Source: Octopus sinensis | Lineage: Eukaryota | Assembly: GCF_006345805.1 (NCBI RefSeq) | Contig: NC_043000.1 | Coordinates: forward strand, 114,266,001-114,330,000 | Reading direction: 5' to 3' | DNA: 64,000 bases | Part shown: positions 38,511 to 50,454 of the stretch, piece after piece | Position numbering within the stretch: the stretch's first letter is position 1 | Layout: every line of letters starts with the position of its first letter | Program-made: the position numbers and the translations under genes | The notes under the pieces: generated by a model | Told to the model about the DNA's origin: nothing | Database searches by the model: none | Seen by the model: the letters and a program-made list of their open reading frames with translations, nothing else

Positions 38511-38951
38511 AAAAGTTTAAAAAATAGATAATACCAACAGAAACATTATCACTACCAAAAGGTAATGCTTATTCACAATTAAAAGTGTATGTTGTGTTAG
38601 AACACCCAATACTGCATTAGTTACCATGAGAGGACTTCTCATACGGATTTGTGGTGCATATAAATACTTGTGTTTATATCTCTAGAGGGAAATAATCATC
38701 CACCATCACCACTGCTAGGACTACCAGATCATGTGATTTCAGCCTCCCTTGGCCTCATCAATGGTAGGTGCCCAAAGCTAGAGCTAGCAGCATTTCCTCC
38801 ATCAGCAATATTCATAGAATCTCAGAATCTAGTGTCACAGATAGCCAGTGGATTTATTAAAGAATTAATAGTAATAGAAGCAGTATTAATGCCAAAAGGT
38901 GATATTTATACCCACTTAAAAGTGGATGTGTTAGAACACAATTTTATATTG

Positions 38952-39239
38952 TGCCAGAGGACCTGTGTTGTATACGAGATCATCTGTGGCAAATGTGGAA
39001 CATCCTACATAGGAAGTACAACAAGAAAACTGCATATACGCCTTAAGGAACACATGCAGGCAGACAATTCTGTGAAGAAACATCTATAGAAATGCCAGAC
39101 TCGGGAGTTCACAGCGCACACCAAGGCAACACAGCAGGACAGGGGCAACTTCAGTATCTCTGAGGCCATCCTCATACACCAAAAGAAACCTAAGGTCAAC
39201 AACAGAAGGGAGTTACAGGAAGCTAGCTGGTTGCTATAG
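38952..39239 (+). pseudogene. Penelope-like retroelement GIY-YIG endonuclease remnant
   Basis: CQRTCVVYEIICGKCGTSYIGSTTRKLHIRLKEHMQADNSVKKHL*KCQ...ISEAILIHQKKPKVNNRRE: VVY..C..C...YIG.T.R.L..R.KEH and EA..I....P.(L/V)N motifs; one in-frame stop. Confidence 0.85.
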
Positions 39240-39454
39240 CAACACCTTTTTGCGCATGTCCACTCCACACACGCTCACACACATCGGCAACATTAGTTAA
39301 TTTCTTGAAAACTGGGTCATAACCCCGAAATATTGAATACAAGGTGAGTCTACATTAATTCATATATTTGTTTTCTTGTGATCTGCCTTGCATTTACTTC
39401 TCATTGTTCTGGCCTTACCCATGATCCTTTATACAATATATTCTACACAATGCT

Positions 39455-39900
39455 GTGGCCAGTACCTCCTGACTGGCTCCCATGGTGGTGGCATGTAAAA
39501 AGCACCATCCGATCATGGTTGATGCCAGGTTCACCTGACTGACTCCCGTGCTGGTGGCACGTAAAAAGCACCATCCAAACATGGCCAATGCCGGTACCCA
39601 CTGACTGGCCCCTGTGCCGGTGGCATATAATAAGCACTATCTGAATGTGATCAATGCCAGGCCCATCTGACTGACCCCCTGTGCCGGTGGCATGTTAAAA
39701 AGCATTATCTAAACGTGATCGATGCCAGGCCCGCCTGATTGGCCCCTATGCTGATGACATGTAAAAAGCATTATCTGAACATGATCAATGTCAGGCCCGC
39801 CTGACTGGCTCCTGTGCTGGTGGCATATAAAAAGCACCCTCTACATTCTCAGAGTGGTTAGCATTAGGAAGGGCATCAAGCAGTAAAAACACTGCCAGTT
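39455..39900 (+). mobile_element. Family A repeat with an internal 66-bp unit repeated about 6 times
   Basis: ctgactg(g/a) at 39469, 39535, 39601, 39667, 39735 and 39801, then cagagtggttagcattaggaagggcatc. Confidence 0.85.
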
Positions 39901-40807
39901 TTGTGATTGAACTAAGGGCAGAGAAACGTGCATGGCTGAGTAATTAAGAAGTTTGTTTCACAATTACGATGCCAAAGTTTTTTGATTTTCCTTTTAATCT
40001 TTTAGTCTGGTAGGGACACAGTGTCTCTGCTGCATTACCGGCCTCTGAAACAAGAGGGAGATTCTATTATATCAACTCCAGTACTTGATTGTACCTTTTT
40101 ATTTTATTTTTTAATGAGCACTGAAAAGATGAAAGGTCTAGCTACCCTCAGCTGAATTTGAACTTGGACTATAAAAGGTCATAAATACCAAAAGGCATTT
40201 TATCTGATGCTCTAACAATTCTGCCAATCTAACAGCTAATGTAACAGATAATTAAATTACATGAAGCATAATCTAATTTTAAAATATCTCTAGAACCAGT
40301 AACAGCCTTCTATGAGGAAATGTGGTAGAATTCCAGGAAATTGCTGCAGATAAACTACTGGACTTTCCAATCTACTGTTGGTATTTTGTTGCATTCCTGA
40401 ACGGATCACATGCAGCTACAAGGATTTACAGGCAGTAAACCTAGTGGGAAAGTTGCCAATCTGTTCAATAATAGCTTGTTCAAAGGGAGATATCTAACAC
40501 ATCTGATTAATGCAACAAAGAAGCTGGAACGAAGCTCCAGCTTTGTAGACTATAAAGGTGGAGATTTGTGAAAGGATTAGAAAGGGCAGAAAATAAGGTT
40601 CCGACTATACCAGCTTCACCAAATTCAAGAGAAATTGCAAATGCCAAAGGCACTTGACAAAACGAAATAAAAAAATCTGCAAGATAAAACTAAAACTCTG
40701 AACAAGAATTTCGCTTCTGCCAGGGAATGGTTAAATTAATTTGAAAGGCCTTCTTGTTGTGACCATCCCACTTTTTAATTCAGACAAAGTGTATCAATTA
40801 CTTACAT

Positions 40808-41134
40808 CAGAGGCTCTCAAAGTGGGCGCTACCGCCCTGCCCCCCACCCCGTGGGTGTCCAGAGGGTCCAGATGGGCGCTGGTGTCTGAAGAGGCGGTAG
40901 AGAAAAAGGAGGCATTGGGAGAAAGGGATTGGATTGGGGGACGCTTATGAATTTATTATTATAGTATTGTATATAAATTATATAATATATTAAATATCAA
41001 ATGATTCATAGTATATATAAATTAGCAAAATATAAAATATTTACTTACATATAAAAATAGGGGTGGGGGTGCTGAGGGTATTACATGGCCATGAGGAGTG
41101 GGGGGCAGTGGCCCAAAAAGTTTAAGGACTTCTG
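40808..41134. mobile_element. hAT-like MITE, degenerate
   Basis: Ends cagaggctctcaaagt / agtttaaggacttctg; GC-rich subterminal blocks. Confidence 0.4.
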
Positions 41135-41296
41135 ACTTACATTAACCAATGTGCACTTCTCTTTTTCATAATTTCATAAGGTATGATGAGGCAGATTTGG
41201 TAGTTATTTCTAGTTGGTTGTATTGTAACAGAGTCTCTGTTGTTGTTACTGGCCAAAGACATTCTCAGCATGGCCATCTCATCTTTTATATATATT

Positions 41297-41500
41297 TCTT
41301 TACTGCCCACAGAGAGGACAAACAAGGACAAACAAAGGGATTAAGTCGATTACATCGACCCTAGTGTGAAACTGGTACTTTATTTATCGACCCCGAAAGG
41401 ATGAAAGGCAAAGTCGACCTTGGTGGAATTTGAATTCAGAACGTAACGACAGACGAAATACCGCTAAGCATTTCGCCCGGCGTGCTAACGATTCTGCCAG
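41297..41500 (-). mobile_element. Family C SINE, full length
   Basis: tatttctttactgccc...gacgaaataccgctaagcatttcgcccggcgtgctaacgattctgccag. Confidence 0.9.
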
Positions 41501-42164
41501 GACTACATTATCAATATGTTTCTTCAATTTTTTAAGCTGACGGAGTGTGGTTTTTAGGGAGATTTCAGTATATCAAATGACTGCACAGAGGTGCCCCTCA
41601 TTGGCTTTTGTGATTAATCATATGATGCCGGAAAATAAACCAAATCAGGAATATAATTTGTCTTTACTGCACAACTTGGTACACATACCATAACCAACTG
41701 CACAACTTGGTATATGTATCATGTTATCTGACACAGACATCAACAGTGATCTCATGTTATATAATGTATGGAGCAGATATGAAACCATGTTTAATCTATC
41801 ACCGAGATGACTGCTAAAAGGTGACTGGCAGACAAAGAGAAACAGGATTGATGGCAATCATGATAACGGTGGGTGGTGGTAAGAAGAGTGGATAGTGATG
41901 GGGTAGATAATGGTTGTAGCTATATGAGAGCCAGTGAATGGTGGTGAACATAATGATAAATACCGTTTAGCCTCAGGCCAGGCCTGATAAAGCAGACTTA
42001 CAATCAAAAAGGTTACAGACATGACTATTTCAGGTTTTATTTAGACACAGTATATCTAGGACTATATTAACTAACATGTCAATTTTAAAAAAAAAAACAT
42101 TTGGTTGTAGTAGGCGAGATTTAGCTGCTATTTCTAGCAGGTCAAGAGGTTACAAAGAGACTTG

Positions 42165-42334
42165 TTTCAGTCATTTGACTGCAGCCATGCTGGAGCAACG
42201 CTTTTAGTCAGACAAATTGACCCCAGAACTTATGCTCTGCAAGCCTAGTACTTATTCTCACAGTCTCTTTTGCTGAACTGCTAAGTAAACACACCAGCAT
42301 CAGTTGTTAAGCAATGGTGGGGGTACAAACACAG

Positions 42335-42381
<47 letters not shown>

Positions 42382-43075
42382 ATACATGACAGGTCACTTT
42401 CGAGTGCTACTGGTAACATGTAAGCCAGTACAACCTGTTGCATAGTCAGGTCGTCATCAACTAAACCGGCAACCCCACCAACCTTGCTTAGTGAGGAGGG
42501 TGTTTATTGGACACCCTGCGGGATGAAAAACAAAACCCGTCAAAGGGCGGAGAAACTCTTGAGAGTCAACGGCCATCCAATAAATGTCTTAAGGATATAT
42601 CATGCGCAGGGACATAGAAATAATTGGACTGAATACCTGATCGTGCGGTTAAACCATTTGGAGTGAAGGACTCCTAGCCTTTGTTAGGGCATCCTTCTAG
42701 GAGAAGGTAACTTAGGTAACTGGGATAACTCCGACATAAAACCTGCAGTTTAGTGGTTACCGATGATGTTGACTTGTTCTTCTTTTCGGATTATGACTGC
42801 TGTTGCTTAGTGAGTGGGATTGACTCAGTGCACAGCCTTTCCTCACTTTAAAAAAACTCTTCTTGCACAGGCATTGCACGATAACAACATTGATTATGCT
42901 TTGTGCAATGGCCATACTCGATAATGAGGGGGCATCCACCATATATATACATATATACGACCGGCTTCTTTCAGTTTCCGTCTACCAAATCCACTCACAA
43001 GGCTTTGGTCAGCCTGAGACTATAGTAGAACACACTTGCCAAAGTGCCACACAATGGGACTGAACCCAGAACCAG
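42165..43075 (-). mobile_element. Family B SINE split into a 3' half (42165-42335) and a 5' half (42955-43075) by an insertion
   Basis: The halves are collinear; the intervening DNA lies in the SINE's internal (TA)n and includes the family R repeat. Confidence 0.6.
42405..42740 (+). mobile_element. Family R repeat (possible RTE-type LINE 5'-UTR)
   Basis: Homologous to 18075; ends gggcatccttctaggagaaggtaac...cgacataaaacc, similar to 5'-UTR motifs recalled for RTE-like LINEs. Confidence 0.4.
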
Positions 43076-43321
43076 TTGAAAATTTATTATTGATGTCCAG
43101 ATGAGAGAGAGAAAGAAGTGATACTGGTGGTAGTGAAAGTAGATTCATCCTCATTTAATGCTTGTTTTCTATGCTGGTATGAGTTGGACGGTTTGAAAGG
43201 AGCTGGAAAGCTGGAGGACTGCACCAGGCCCCAGTCTTCTTTTTGAGGATGGTTTCTATGACTGGATATCCTTCCTAATGCCATCCACTTTACAGAATGT
43301 ACGAGGTGCTTCACACGTGGC

Positions 43322-43770
43322 GCCAGCACCAGTGCTTTCTGTGTGGCACTAGCACCAGTGCTTTCCACATGGAGCCAGCACCAGTGCTTTCCACGTGGAG
43401 CCAGCACCAGTGCTTTCCACTTGGAGCCAGCACCAGTGCTTTCCACGTGGCACCAGCACCAGTGCTTTCCACGTGACACTAGCACCAGTGCTTTCCACAT
43501 GGAGCCAACACCAGTGCTTTCCACGTGGCACCAGCACCAGTGCTTTCCGTGTGGCACTAGCACCAGTGCTTTCCACACGGAGCCAGCACCAGTGCTTTCC
43601 GCGTGGTGCCAACACCAGTGCTTTCCACATAGCACCAGCAACCGGTGCTTTTTGCATGGCACTGCTTTCTGTGTGGCACCAGTACTGCTGCTTTCTGTGT
43701 GACGCTACCGCCAGTGCATTCCATGTGGTACCAACACCAGTGCTTTCCATGTGATGCCAGCAATCATGGG
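43322..43770. repeat. 26-bp minisatellite (about 12 clear units, then degenerate) attached to a family A repeat
   Basis: Unit agcaccagtgctttccac(a/g)tggagcc; three units (78 nt) give the 26-aa repeats seen in the overlapping ORFs. Confidence 0.95.
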
Positions 43771-43849
43771 TCACCAAGTTACTTGCAAGACAAGAGCAGC
43801 TCAGCGCCAGGTGAGCGGTTGGAGTATGAGAAAGCAACAGGGATAGATG

Positions 43850-44060
43850 CTTTATGACAGAGGAGATACTTGGCAACCCAGTCAGATGTCACAAGCAGGG
43901 CTACAGAAATAGACTGGAGGGGGAGGACAATGCAACATGTCTAGAATGTCATGCTACACTTCATATGATTCATCACTGCATATTGCAGTGTGCAATGCCT
44001 GCAGCTGTACAGAAACAGATGACACACCATGAGTTGTCAATACAATAACTCATCAACAAG
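43850..44060 (+). pseudogene. LINE (I/ingi-like) C-terminal CCHC zinc-knuckle remnant
   Basis: EEILG....CH..GYRNRLEGEDNATCLECHATLHMIHHCILQC resembles L.QLRSGH....YR.RI....CP.C....T..H.L..C. Confidence 0.5.
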
Positions 44061-44130
44061 CCAAAGACATGATGGAGCAGAGAAAACAGAACTGAGTCAT
44101 ATTTCATGGTGGACCAAATACCTGTATACC

Positions 44131-44308
44131 TATTTCTTTACTACCGACAAGGAGCTAAACACAGAGAGGACAAACAAGGACAGACAAACAGATTAAGTCG
44201 ATTATATCGACCCCAGTGCATAACTGGTACTTATTTAATCGACCCCGAAAGAATGTAAGGCAAAAGTTGACCTCGGCGGAATTTGAACTCAGAATGTAGA
44301 GGCAGAAG
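44131..44308 (-). mobile_element. 5'-truncated family C SINE with 15-bp flanking direct repeat
   Basis: aaatacctgtatacc at 44116-44130 and 44309-44323. Confidence 0.85.
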
Positions 44309-44627
44309 AAATACCTGTATACCATATGAGTGCTCAATCAGGGATGATTGAAGGTGATTGCAGGTAAGCAAGAGTTGATGATGGACAGTAGCTCTGGGAG
44401 GATAGACAAGGTGCAGAAAGGAGGTGATTGGTGAAGATAGTAGGTGGAAGGAAAATGAGGGGGGAGGGGAGTAAAAGTAACTGGGAAAAGCCAGTTGGGT
44501 GAAGTATGTGTCTGGTCTGCTCTCAATTGATGAACGAAGCAGAATCAATGAGGGAGCCTCTGTGGTGTTGCTTAACCTGCTAGAAATAGTCACTGCACCT
44601 TCCTCAAATCATATGCTAACATGTTAA

Positions 44628-44844
44628 GCCTTTAGCCTTCACATTATCCTGTCAAAAGTAATGCTCATTATTCACATTGTTTTGAACCAATCATGCATTT
44701 TCATGTAGCTTTGAGATTTTGTCGAGGAAACTTAAGTTTTAGAACAACATTGTAGGGTAGGCGTGAAAAACCAGATCTGGTCAAGTTGAACATAAAACAG
44801 GTAGAATCTTTTGGCTAGATATGACTGGTTTAAATATCGAAGGG
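44628..44844. mobile_element. piggyBac-like MITE (same family as 53776)
   Basis: TTAA at 44624-27 and 44845-48; ends gcctttagc / cgaaggg; interior similar to 53776-53996. Confidence 0.65.
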
Positions 44845-44962
44845 TTAAAAAAATGGTATTCACTGGTTTGAAAAAAGGAAAAGACATGGGTTTGCACAAT
44901 CAGGGCAGATCTTGTGATCAAACTCACAATATACAAATAAAAGAAGAAGCAACATTACTTAC

Positions 44963-45092
44963 CAAATCCATTAATCGTTCTAATTTGCAAATTTCTGGGG
45001 GCAGAGAAACTAATTTGTTGTTATTTGCCAATAAAACCTCCAACATAGGTAGTTGACAAAGAAATGCTGGTAACATGGTTAGTTGGTTTCGA
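44963..45092 (-). CDS. LRCH: Internal coding exon of an LRCH-family (LRR + calponin homology) gene, LRR region
   Basis: Minus strand: acceptor ...tctactttcag|, 130 nt reading (S)RNQLTMLPAFLCQLPMLEVLLANNNKLVSLPPEICKLERLMDL, donor |gtaagt. Closely resembles recalled vertebrate LRCH RNQLSTLP..LC.LPLKVLIASNNKLVSLPEEIG.L..LMEL. Phase 2 start, phase 0 end. Confidence 0.92.
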
Positions 45093-46027
45093 CTGAAAGT
45101 AGACAAAGAATGAACTGGGTTTAGAACATTTCTAAGACATACACACTGACATAAATATTCTATTACGACTCACAAGGAATTGAATCAGGAATAACCCTTT
45201 TATAAACTCATTTTTATACACCCCACATCTGTTACCATTTCTAGTTGGTTCTAGGCTGCTTTTCTCTCTACAAAATGGAAAGTTACATTGCGGAACTGTT
45301 ATTTTAACAATTTGTATTTATTAATACCCGACAAGATACATCTGCACCACCGGATGCTCCTGAATCAGTTGCTGAGTGTCCCACCCAAGAGGAATCGATG
45401 CTAGATGTGTTGAAACAATTGTTGTGATTAATAATAAATTCTTGTATATTCCATCTTCTGTCTTTCATTTTCTATATATATATTCCCAATGGTTATTATA
45501 TTTTTTTGATAACATAATAGGTTAGATAGCATGATGTCAATATTACAAAATTGCAATAACCAATAATATGTTGTGCATTTATAGTAATATTACAATCATG
45601 AAATTAACATAAGCTTGTCTCACTCTTTCTCGCAGAACCCCTAGGAACCTTTTGCAGAACCCTGGTTGAGAAATGCTGGCCTAGAGAGACCCTCTCATTT
45701 AGATTCGTGGTAAATAAAAAGCCCCATGAATTCTATATATCAGTGACAGTGGGATTCAGCTGTTATGTTGCTACTGGATGTCTGTCACTGAAAAACCCAA
45801 AACTGCGAAATTACATGATCTAGTAGTTCTAGCAACTGTAGCAGAAGATTCTTGTTTGCCAATGATATAAATAAGAGTGTTTTTATGTGCCATGAGTTCA
45901 TATTTTAGGTCCTCTCTAGGTAAATAATGCAATATTCCGGTTTTGTAACAAAACATCCACATTATGTAAAATTGTTTCATTATGACCTAAACATCGGATC
46001 AATGGCACTAAGATGTTTTATTAAACC

Positions 46028-46460
46028 ATCATCATCATCATTTAGGGTCCATTGCCCATGCTGGCATGGGTTGGATGGTTTGACCACAGCTGGAAAGCTG
46101 GAATGCTGTACCAGACACCAGTCTGTTTTGACATGGTTTCTACGGCTGAATACCCTTCCTAACGCCAATGGCTCCAACAGTGTAATGGGTGCTTTTACAT
46201 GCCACCGGTGAAGATACCATTTCCGTGACACCGGTATCTGCTCTGACTGTGGTTTTACTCAGCTTGATGGGCCTTCTTTCCAAACATGGTATAATACCAA
46301 TGGACTCAGTCATTGCTTCCATGAGGCCCAACGCTTGAAGCCCAGCATAATACTAAATGATCTCGGTCCTCACCTGTGTGAGGCCCAATGCTCAAGAGGT
46401 GCTTTTACATGCCACCAGCACAGGTGCCATTTGCATGACACCGGTATCTGCCATGGCTGC
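46028..46460 (-). mobile_element. Family A repeat including an RTE ORF-end-like segment
   Basis: Minus-strand ..LQALGLMEAMT.. upstream of the family A 3' sequence links the family to RTE LINE tails. Confidence 0.75.
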
Positions 46461-47394
46461 AATTTTACTTGGCTTCTCTACCAAATTCATTTTTTCCAAA
46501 GTTAAATGACCCCCACAAATAGTGTATTGCATTAGAAATATTATGAGAAAAGGCTTAAACTATAAACCGACACATGTCATCATATTTTATAGTTATTCAC
46601 TGACATTTTTCTAAATATTTACACATACACCAAAAGATTTATTACCATCTCTCATCATTTACTGCTGAACAGGTTTGCCAGGTTACACATACACTCATGC
46701 ACGTGTGTTAGTGTGTGTGTGTGTATTTTAAATTATGTGAGATAAACAAAATTACATAATCTGCTGACAGTGTGAGTGCGTTAATTTCGTAGATAAGCTG
46801 GGATTATCTGATGTGCATGGTCAACCAATCTATGTACACACATACGATCTGTTTTAAAATATGATCTATAAACATTGCTATGGCCATTTATTGAATGTAA
46901 ATCTGTTAACACTCCTTCTAATAGATGTTGAGGTGAGCTGCTATATGGTTGCTCAACCTGCTAGAAATAGCAGCCAAATCTCCTTTAATTCTGTTAACAT
47001 ATTTCTGTTGAAATATACTGTTTTTATTTCAATTAATTTTGACACTAGAGAACAATTTCATAAAATGACTTGATCATTATTAAGCAGGTGTTTAGAACAT
47101 ATGAAATTTTGATGTAAAGTCTTTAGATCACTTTAACATGAAATGTTTATCACAGAAATAGGGGTGGTCACAGATGGGTTGGTATCAAAAGCATTAATTC
47201 ATATGCTACTTTCTTCAAAAAATGGAAAGGTATGATGGTTTTAGAATAGGTACATTGTGATCCTACATGTTGTAAGAGGCAATTGAAAAAAGTTAAAAAC
47301 AACCAGACGGGCATCTGGCCACAAAACATTAACCTAGGGAAAACTACCCAACCTATGACAACATGGAAAAGTAGACAAATGACAATGATGTTGA

Positions 47395-47780
47395 TGATGA
47401 TGCTGTAGCTGTTGAGCGAAGCAGTCTTCGTCCCAGAGCCCGCAAGATGGGAGACGTCCAAAACGTGGTCCTTTGCTATTCATAAGACCCGCAGAAGAGA
47501 AAGCAGGTCAACCCCCAACACCGAGAGCATCGACGGATGGATGAATGCGCATCCAGGCTCAGCGGTTGCGTAGGAAGTCGGGAACAAGAAACAGGAAGAA
47601 AGAGTGAGAGAAAGTTGGAGCGAAAGAGTACAACAGGGGTCACCACCACCTCCTGCCGGAGCCTCATGGAGCTTTAGGTGTTTTCGCTCAATAAACACAC
47701 GCAACGCCCAGTCTGGGAATCAAAACCGCAATCCTCTGACCGCGAGTTCGCTGCCCTAACCACAGGGCCATTGCGCCTCC
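47395..47780 (-). mobile_element. Family E tRNA-derived SINE, CpG-rich (young)
   Basis: Minus strand ggaggcgcaatggccctgtggttagggc...ggttttgattcc head, unique body, (CAT)n tail. Confidence 0.75.
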
Positions 47781-48799
47781 TGATGATGATGCTGTGATAA
47801 TGACAGCAACAGTGGGGGGTGGAGGGGGCACTGTCTGAATGAATGATGAAATGGCTAAAATGTCTGTTTACAAGAACAGACTGACCTCGAGCAACCAACA
47901 ACCACTCATCATTCAGCTGAGAGCTTGTTATCACAATCATTTGTCCAAACATTTTTACTCAAACCTAGAAACCGTCTCTAGCTAAAATCCAGCCTTCCAG
48001 ATGTTTCCACAACCCACAATTCACTATTTGTACCTAACAGACAGCTAGGAAATATAGGCCTGAAAATTTCCATGTTTCTGTTGCCAGATCTAATTTAGTT
48101 TCTCAAAAAGTTAAAACACTAAAAACTTGCTTAACACCATTAGTCATGTTTTAATTCTAGACACATCCTAATTTTAGCCATATCCAATAGGCACATTTCC
48201 CATCCTTAGGCTGCTAGGGTGGGGGGTTCCATCCCAACCACTCACTGCATATCAATGTTTTAACATTTCTCTCAGAAACTGGTTCAATGTTGAAGCAATA
48301 AAACTTTTCAAATAAAGAAATACGTAAAAATAACAGTTTCTCTTAAAATAACATTATCTTTATTTATTGTATATATGGGTCCTTGTGGACAATAAAGAAA
48401 TTATTATTATTATTATTACTATTATTATTATTTTATTATCATCATCATCATTAATAATAAAAAAGATTGTAAAACATTTTCTTTTTTTTATATATGTTAC
48501 TCTTTATTTTACTAAATTTTGGTACATTTTAGAAGAAAATTTCTTAACCAAATTTGCCAAAATTTTCAAGAGATTTTACATGTAAAGTTTACAGCTAAGG
48601 GAAGCTTTTTTTTCTAATCAGATTGCCTTGGCTGGTATGCATACAAGCCAGTGCCAAGATTTAAGTAAATACACACACACACACACACACACACAATTTT
48701 AAATTATAAATAAATAGATTTTTAAAAAGCAACTCTTACATAACGCTTTCTAGAAAATTCTTAGATTTCTTCTACTCTGCCATTGGTTGCATCACAAAC

Positions 48800-49095
48800 A
48801 TGTAAATGCATATATAGTTATATACATATGTATGTGTTTGTATTACACACACAACTATACACACACACGTGTGTACATACACACACATGCATACATACAT
48901 GCACACACACACATATACATGCATACACACACACATACACATGCATACACACACACACACATACACATTCATACACACACACACATACACATTCATACAC
49001 ACACACACACATACACATTCATACACACACACATGCACACACACACACGTGCACACACACACACACACACGTGCACACACACATATATGTGTGTG
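48800..49095. repeat. (CA/TACA) compound microsatellite
   Basis: Seen directly. Confidence 0.9.
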
Positions 49096-49934
49096 TAGCT
49101 GAAGTGGATCATGCAATGATTTTGTTTTTATTATGTTTCAAGTAGGAAATAATATGGCTAACATCTGTAGAGAGGAGAAGGAGAGAGAGAGAGAGAGGGG
49201 GGGATATGGGCAAGGTATTTTAAATAAATTAATAAAAACAAGGCCAGATCAAGTGGCTGGAGAGAGAGGGAGATGAGTAGACAGTCTGTGTATGATGATA
49301 GCAAATTGTGAGACAACTTGATAAATCACTTGTGCTCTGAATTACAAGTATTTTAAACATTTTCACAAACACACACAAGCAAACAAACAAACACACTTGT
49401 TTGGCTAATGTCCATTTTTCCATGCTAGCATGGATTAAAAAAGAGTCTTATTTAAAGAAGGATTTTATATGCTAACGCTTACTTGTTTTCGATGTAAGCA
49501 GGACCAGATTAAGACCCATTGAGGCCCTAAGCACTTAAAAGATTTTGGTGCCATCATATATATGTAATTCAAAAATTTAAATAATAAAACGAGATACAGT
49601 TTTGCTTTGTGCTGACCAAAGGTACCCAAGCAATACGGTCTTCCAACTGAGACAACTGCAAGAATAGATACTTAGCTAGGACTGTGCCTCCCCAGCATCC
49701 TCATACACTCTATGAAGTGGTCAATGAACAAGCAGAGGTAACATAAGGTCAAGAAGATTCTGTAGTCTTGTTGGGGGGCATGATAACATCTGTAGTGCAG
49801 GCGCTACAATGAAATATATACTTGGTTTATTTTGTAAAGGGTTTGGCGTCAAGAACAGCCTCCACCCGTTCAAACCATGCCGAAAATTGAAGCATACAAG
49901 ACATAGGTGTCTGACCCATCTAGGAAAGCAGTCG

Positions 49935-50210
49935 TTCATTGTTTAACGTCCGCTTTCCATGCTGGCATGGATTGGACGATTTTAACTGTGGGCTGGCAAA
50001 CCAGACAGCCGCACCAGGCTCCAATTTTGATCTGGCAAAGTTTCTACAGCTGGATGCCCTTCCTAACACAAACCACTCCGAGAGTGTAGTGGATGCTTTT
50101 TACGTGCCACAGGCACAGGGCCAGTCAGGTGGTACTGGCAATGACCTCGCTCAAATCTTTTTACACATGCCACAGGTACAGGTGCCAGTAAGACGACGTT
50201 GGTAACGATG
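49935..50210 (-). mobile_element. Family A repeat
   Basis: gtttaacgtccgctttccatgctggcatgg...ggtaacgat. Confidence 0.85.
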
Positions 50211-50410
50211 ACTATGAATAAAAGCTGACCAACATTTACAATCTACCCAAACCACACCATCATGGTTAGTAGGCTTAAAGTGATGATGATGATGAGGAGG
50301 AGGAGGAGGAAAAGGATATTGGTGTGTATGTGTGTGTGTGTACGTGTACATATAGAAATATTTCTAACAACTTTCACAATTCCATATCAGTTGCTATGAC
50401 AAAAGGCAAC

Positions 50411-50454
<44 letters not shown>

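Larger units (their letters stand above)
32273..44962 (-). other. LRCH: GT-AG intron (12,690 bp) between the two LRCH exons
   Basis: gtaagt at 44962 and tag at 32275-32273, phase 0. No intervening LRR-coding segment found by eye. Confidence 0.8.

Noticed and set aside
43087-43876. Overlapping ORFs with 26-aa repeats (GKHWCW..., STGA...), and a CRISPR-like look
   Set aside because: These are translations of a 26-bp tandem unit in all frames. There are no unique spacers, no cas genes, and the context is eukaryotic.
45330-45440. Short open frame DTSAPPDAPESVAECPTQEESMLDVLKQLL and a gaaacaattgtt hammerhead-like half near the LRCH exon
   Set aside because: No recognisable CTGANGA core or stem II, opposite strand to LRCH, no splice signals; too degenerate to call.
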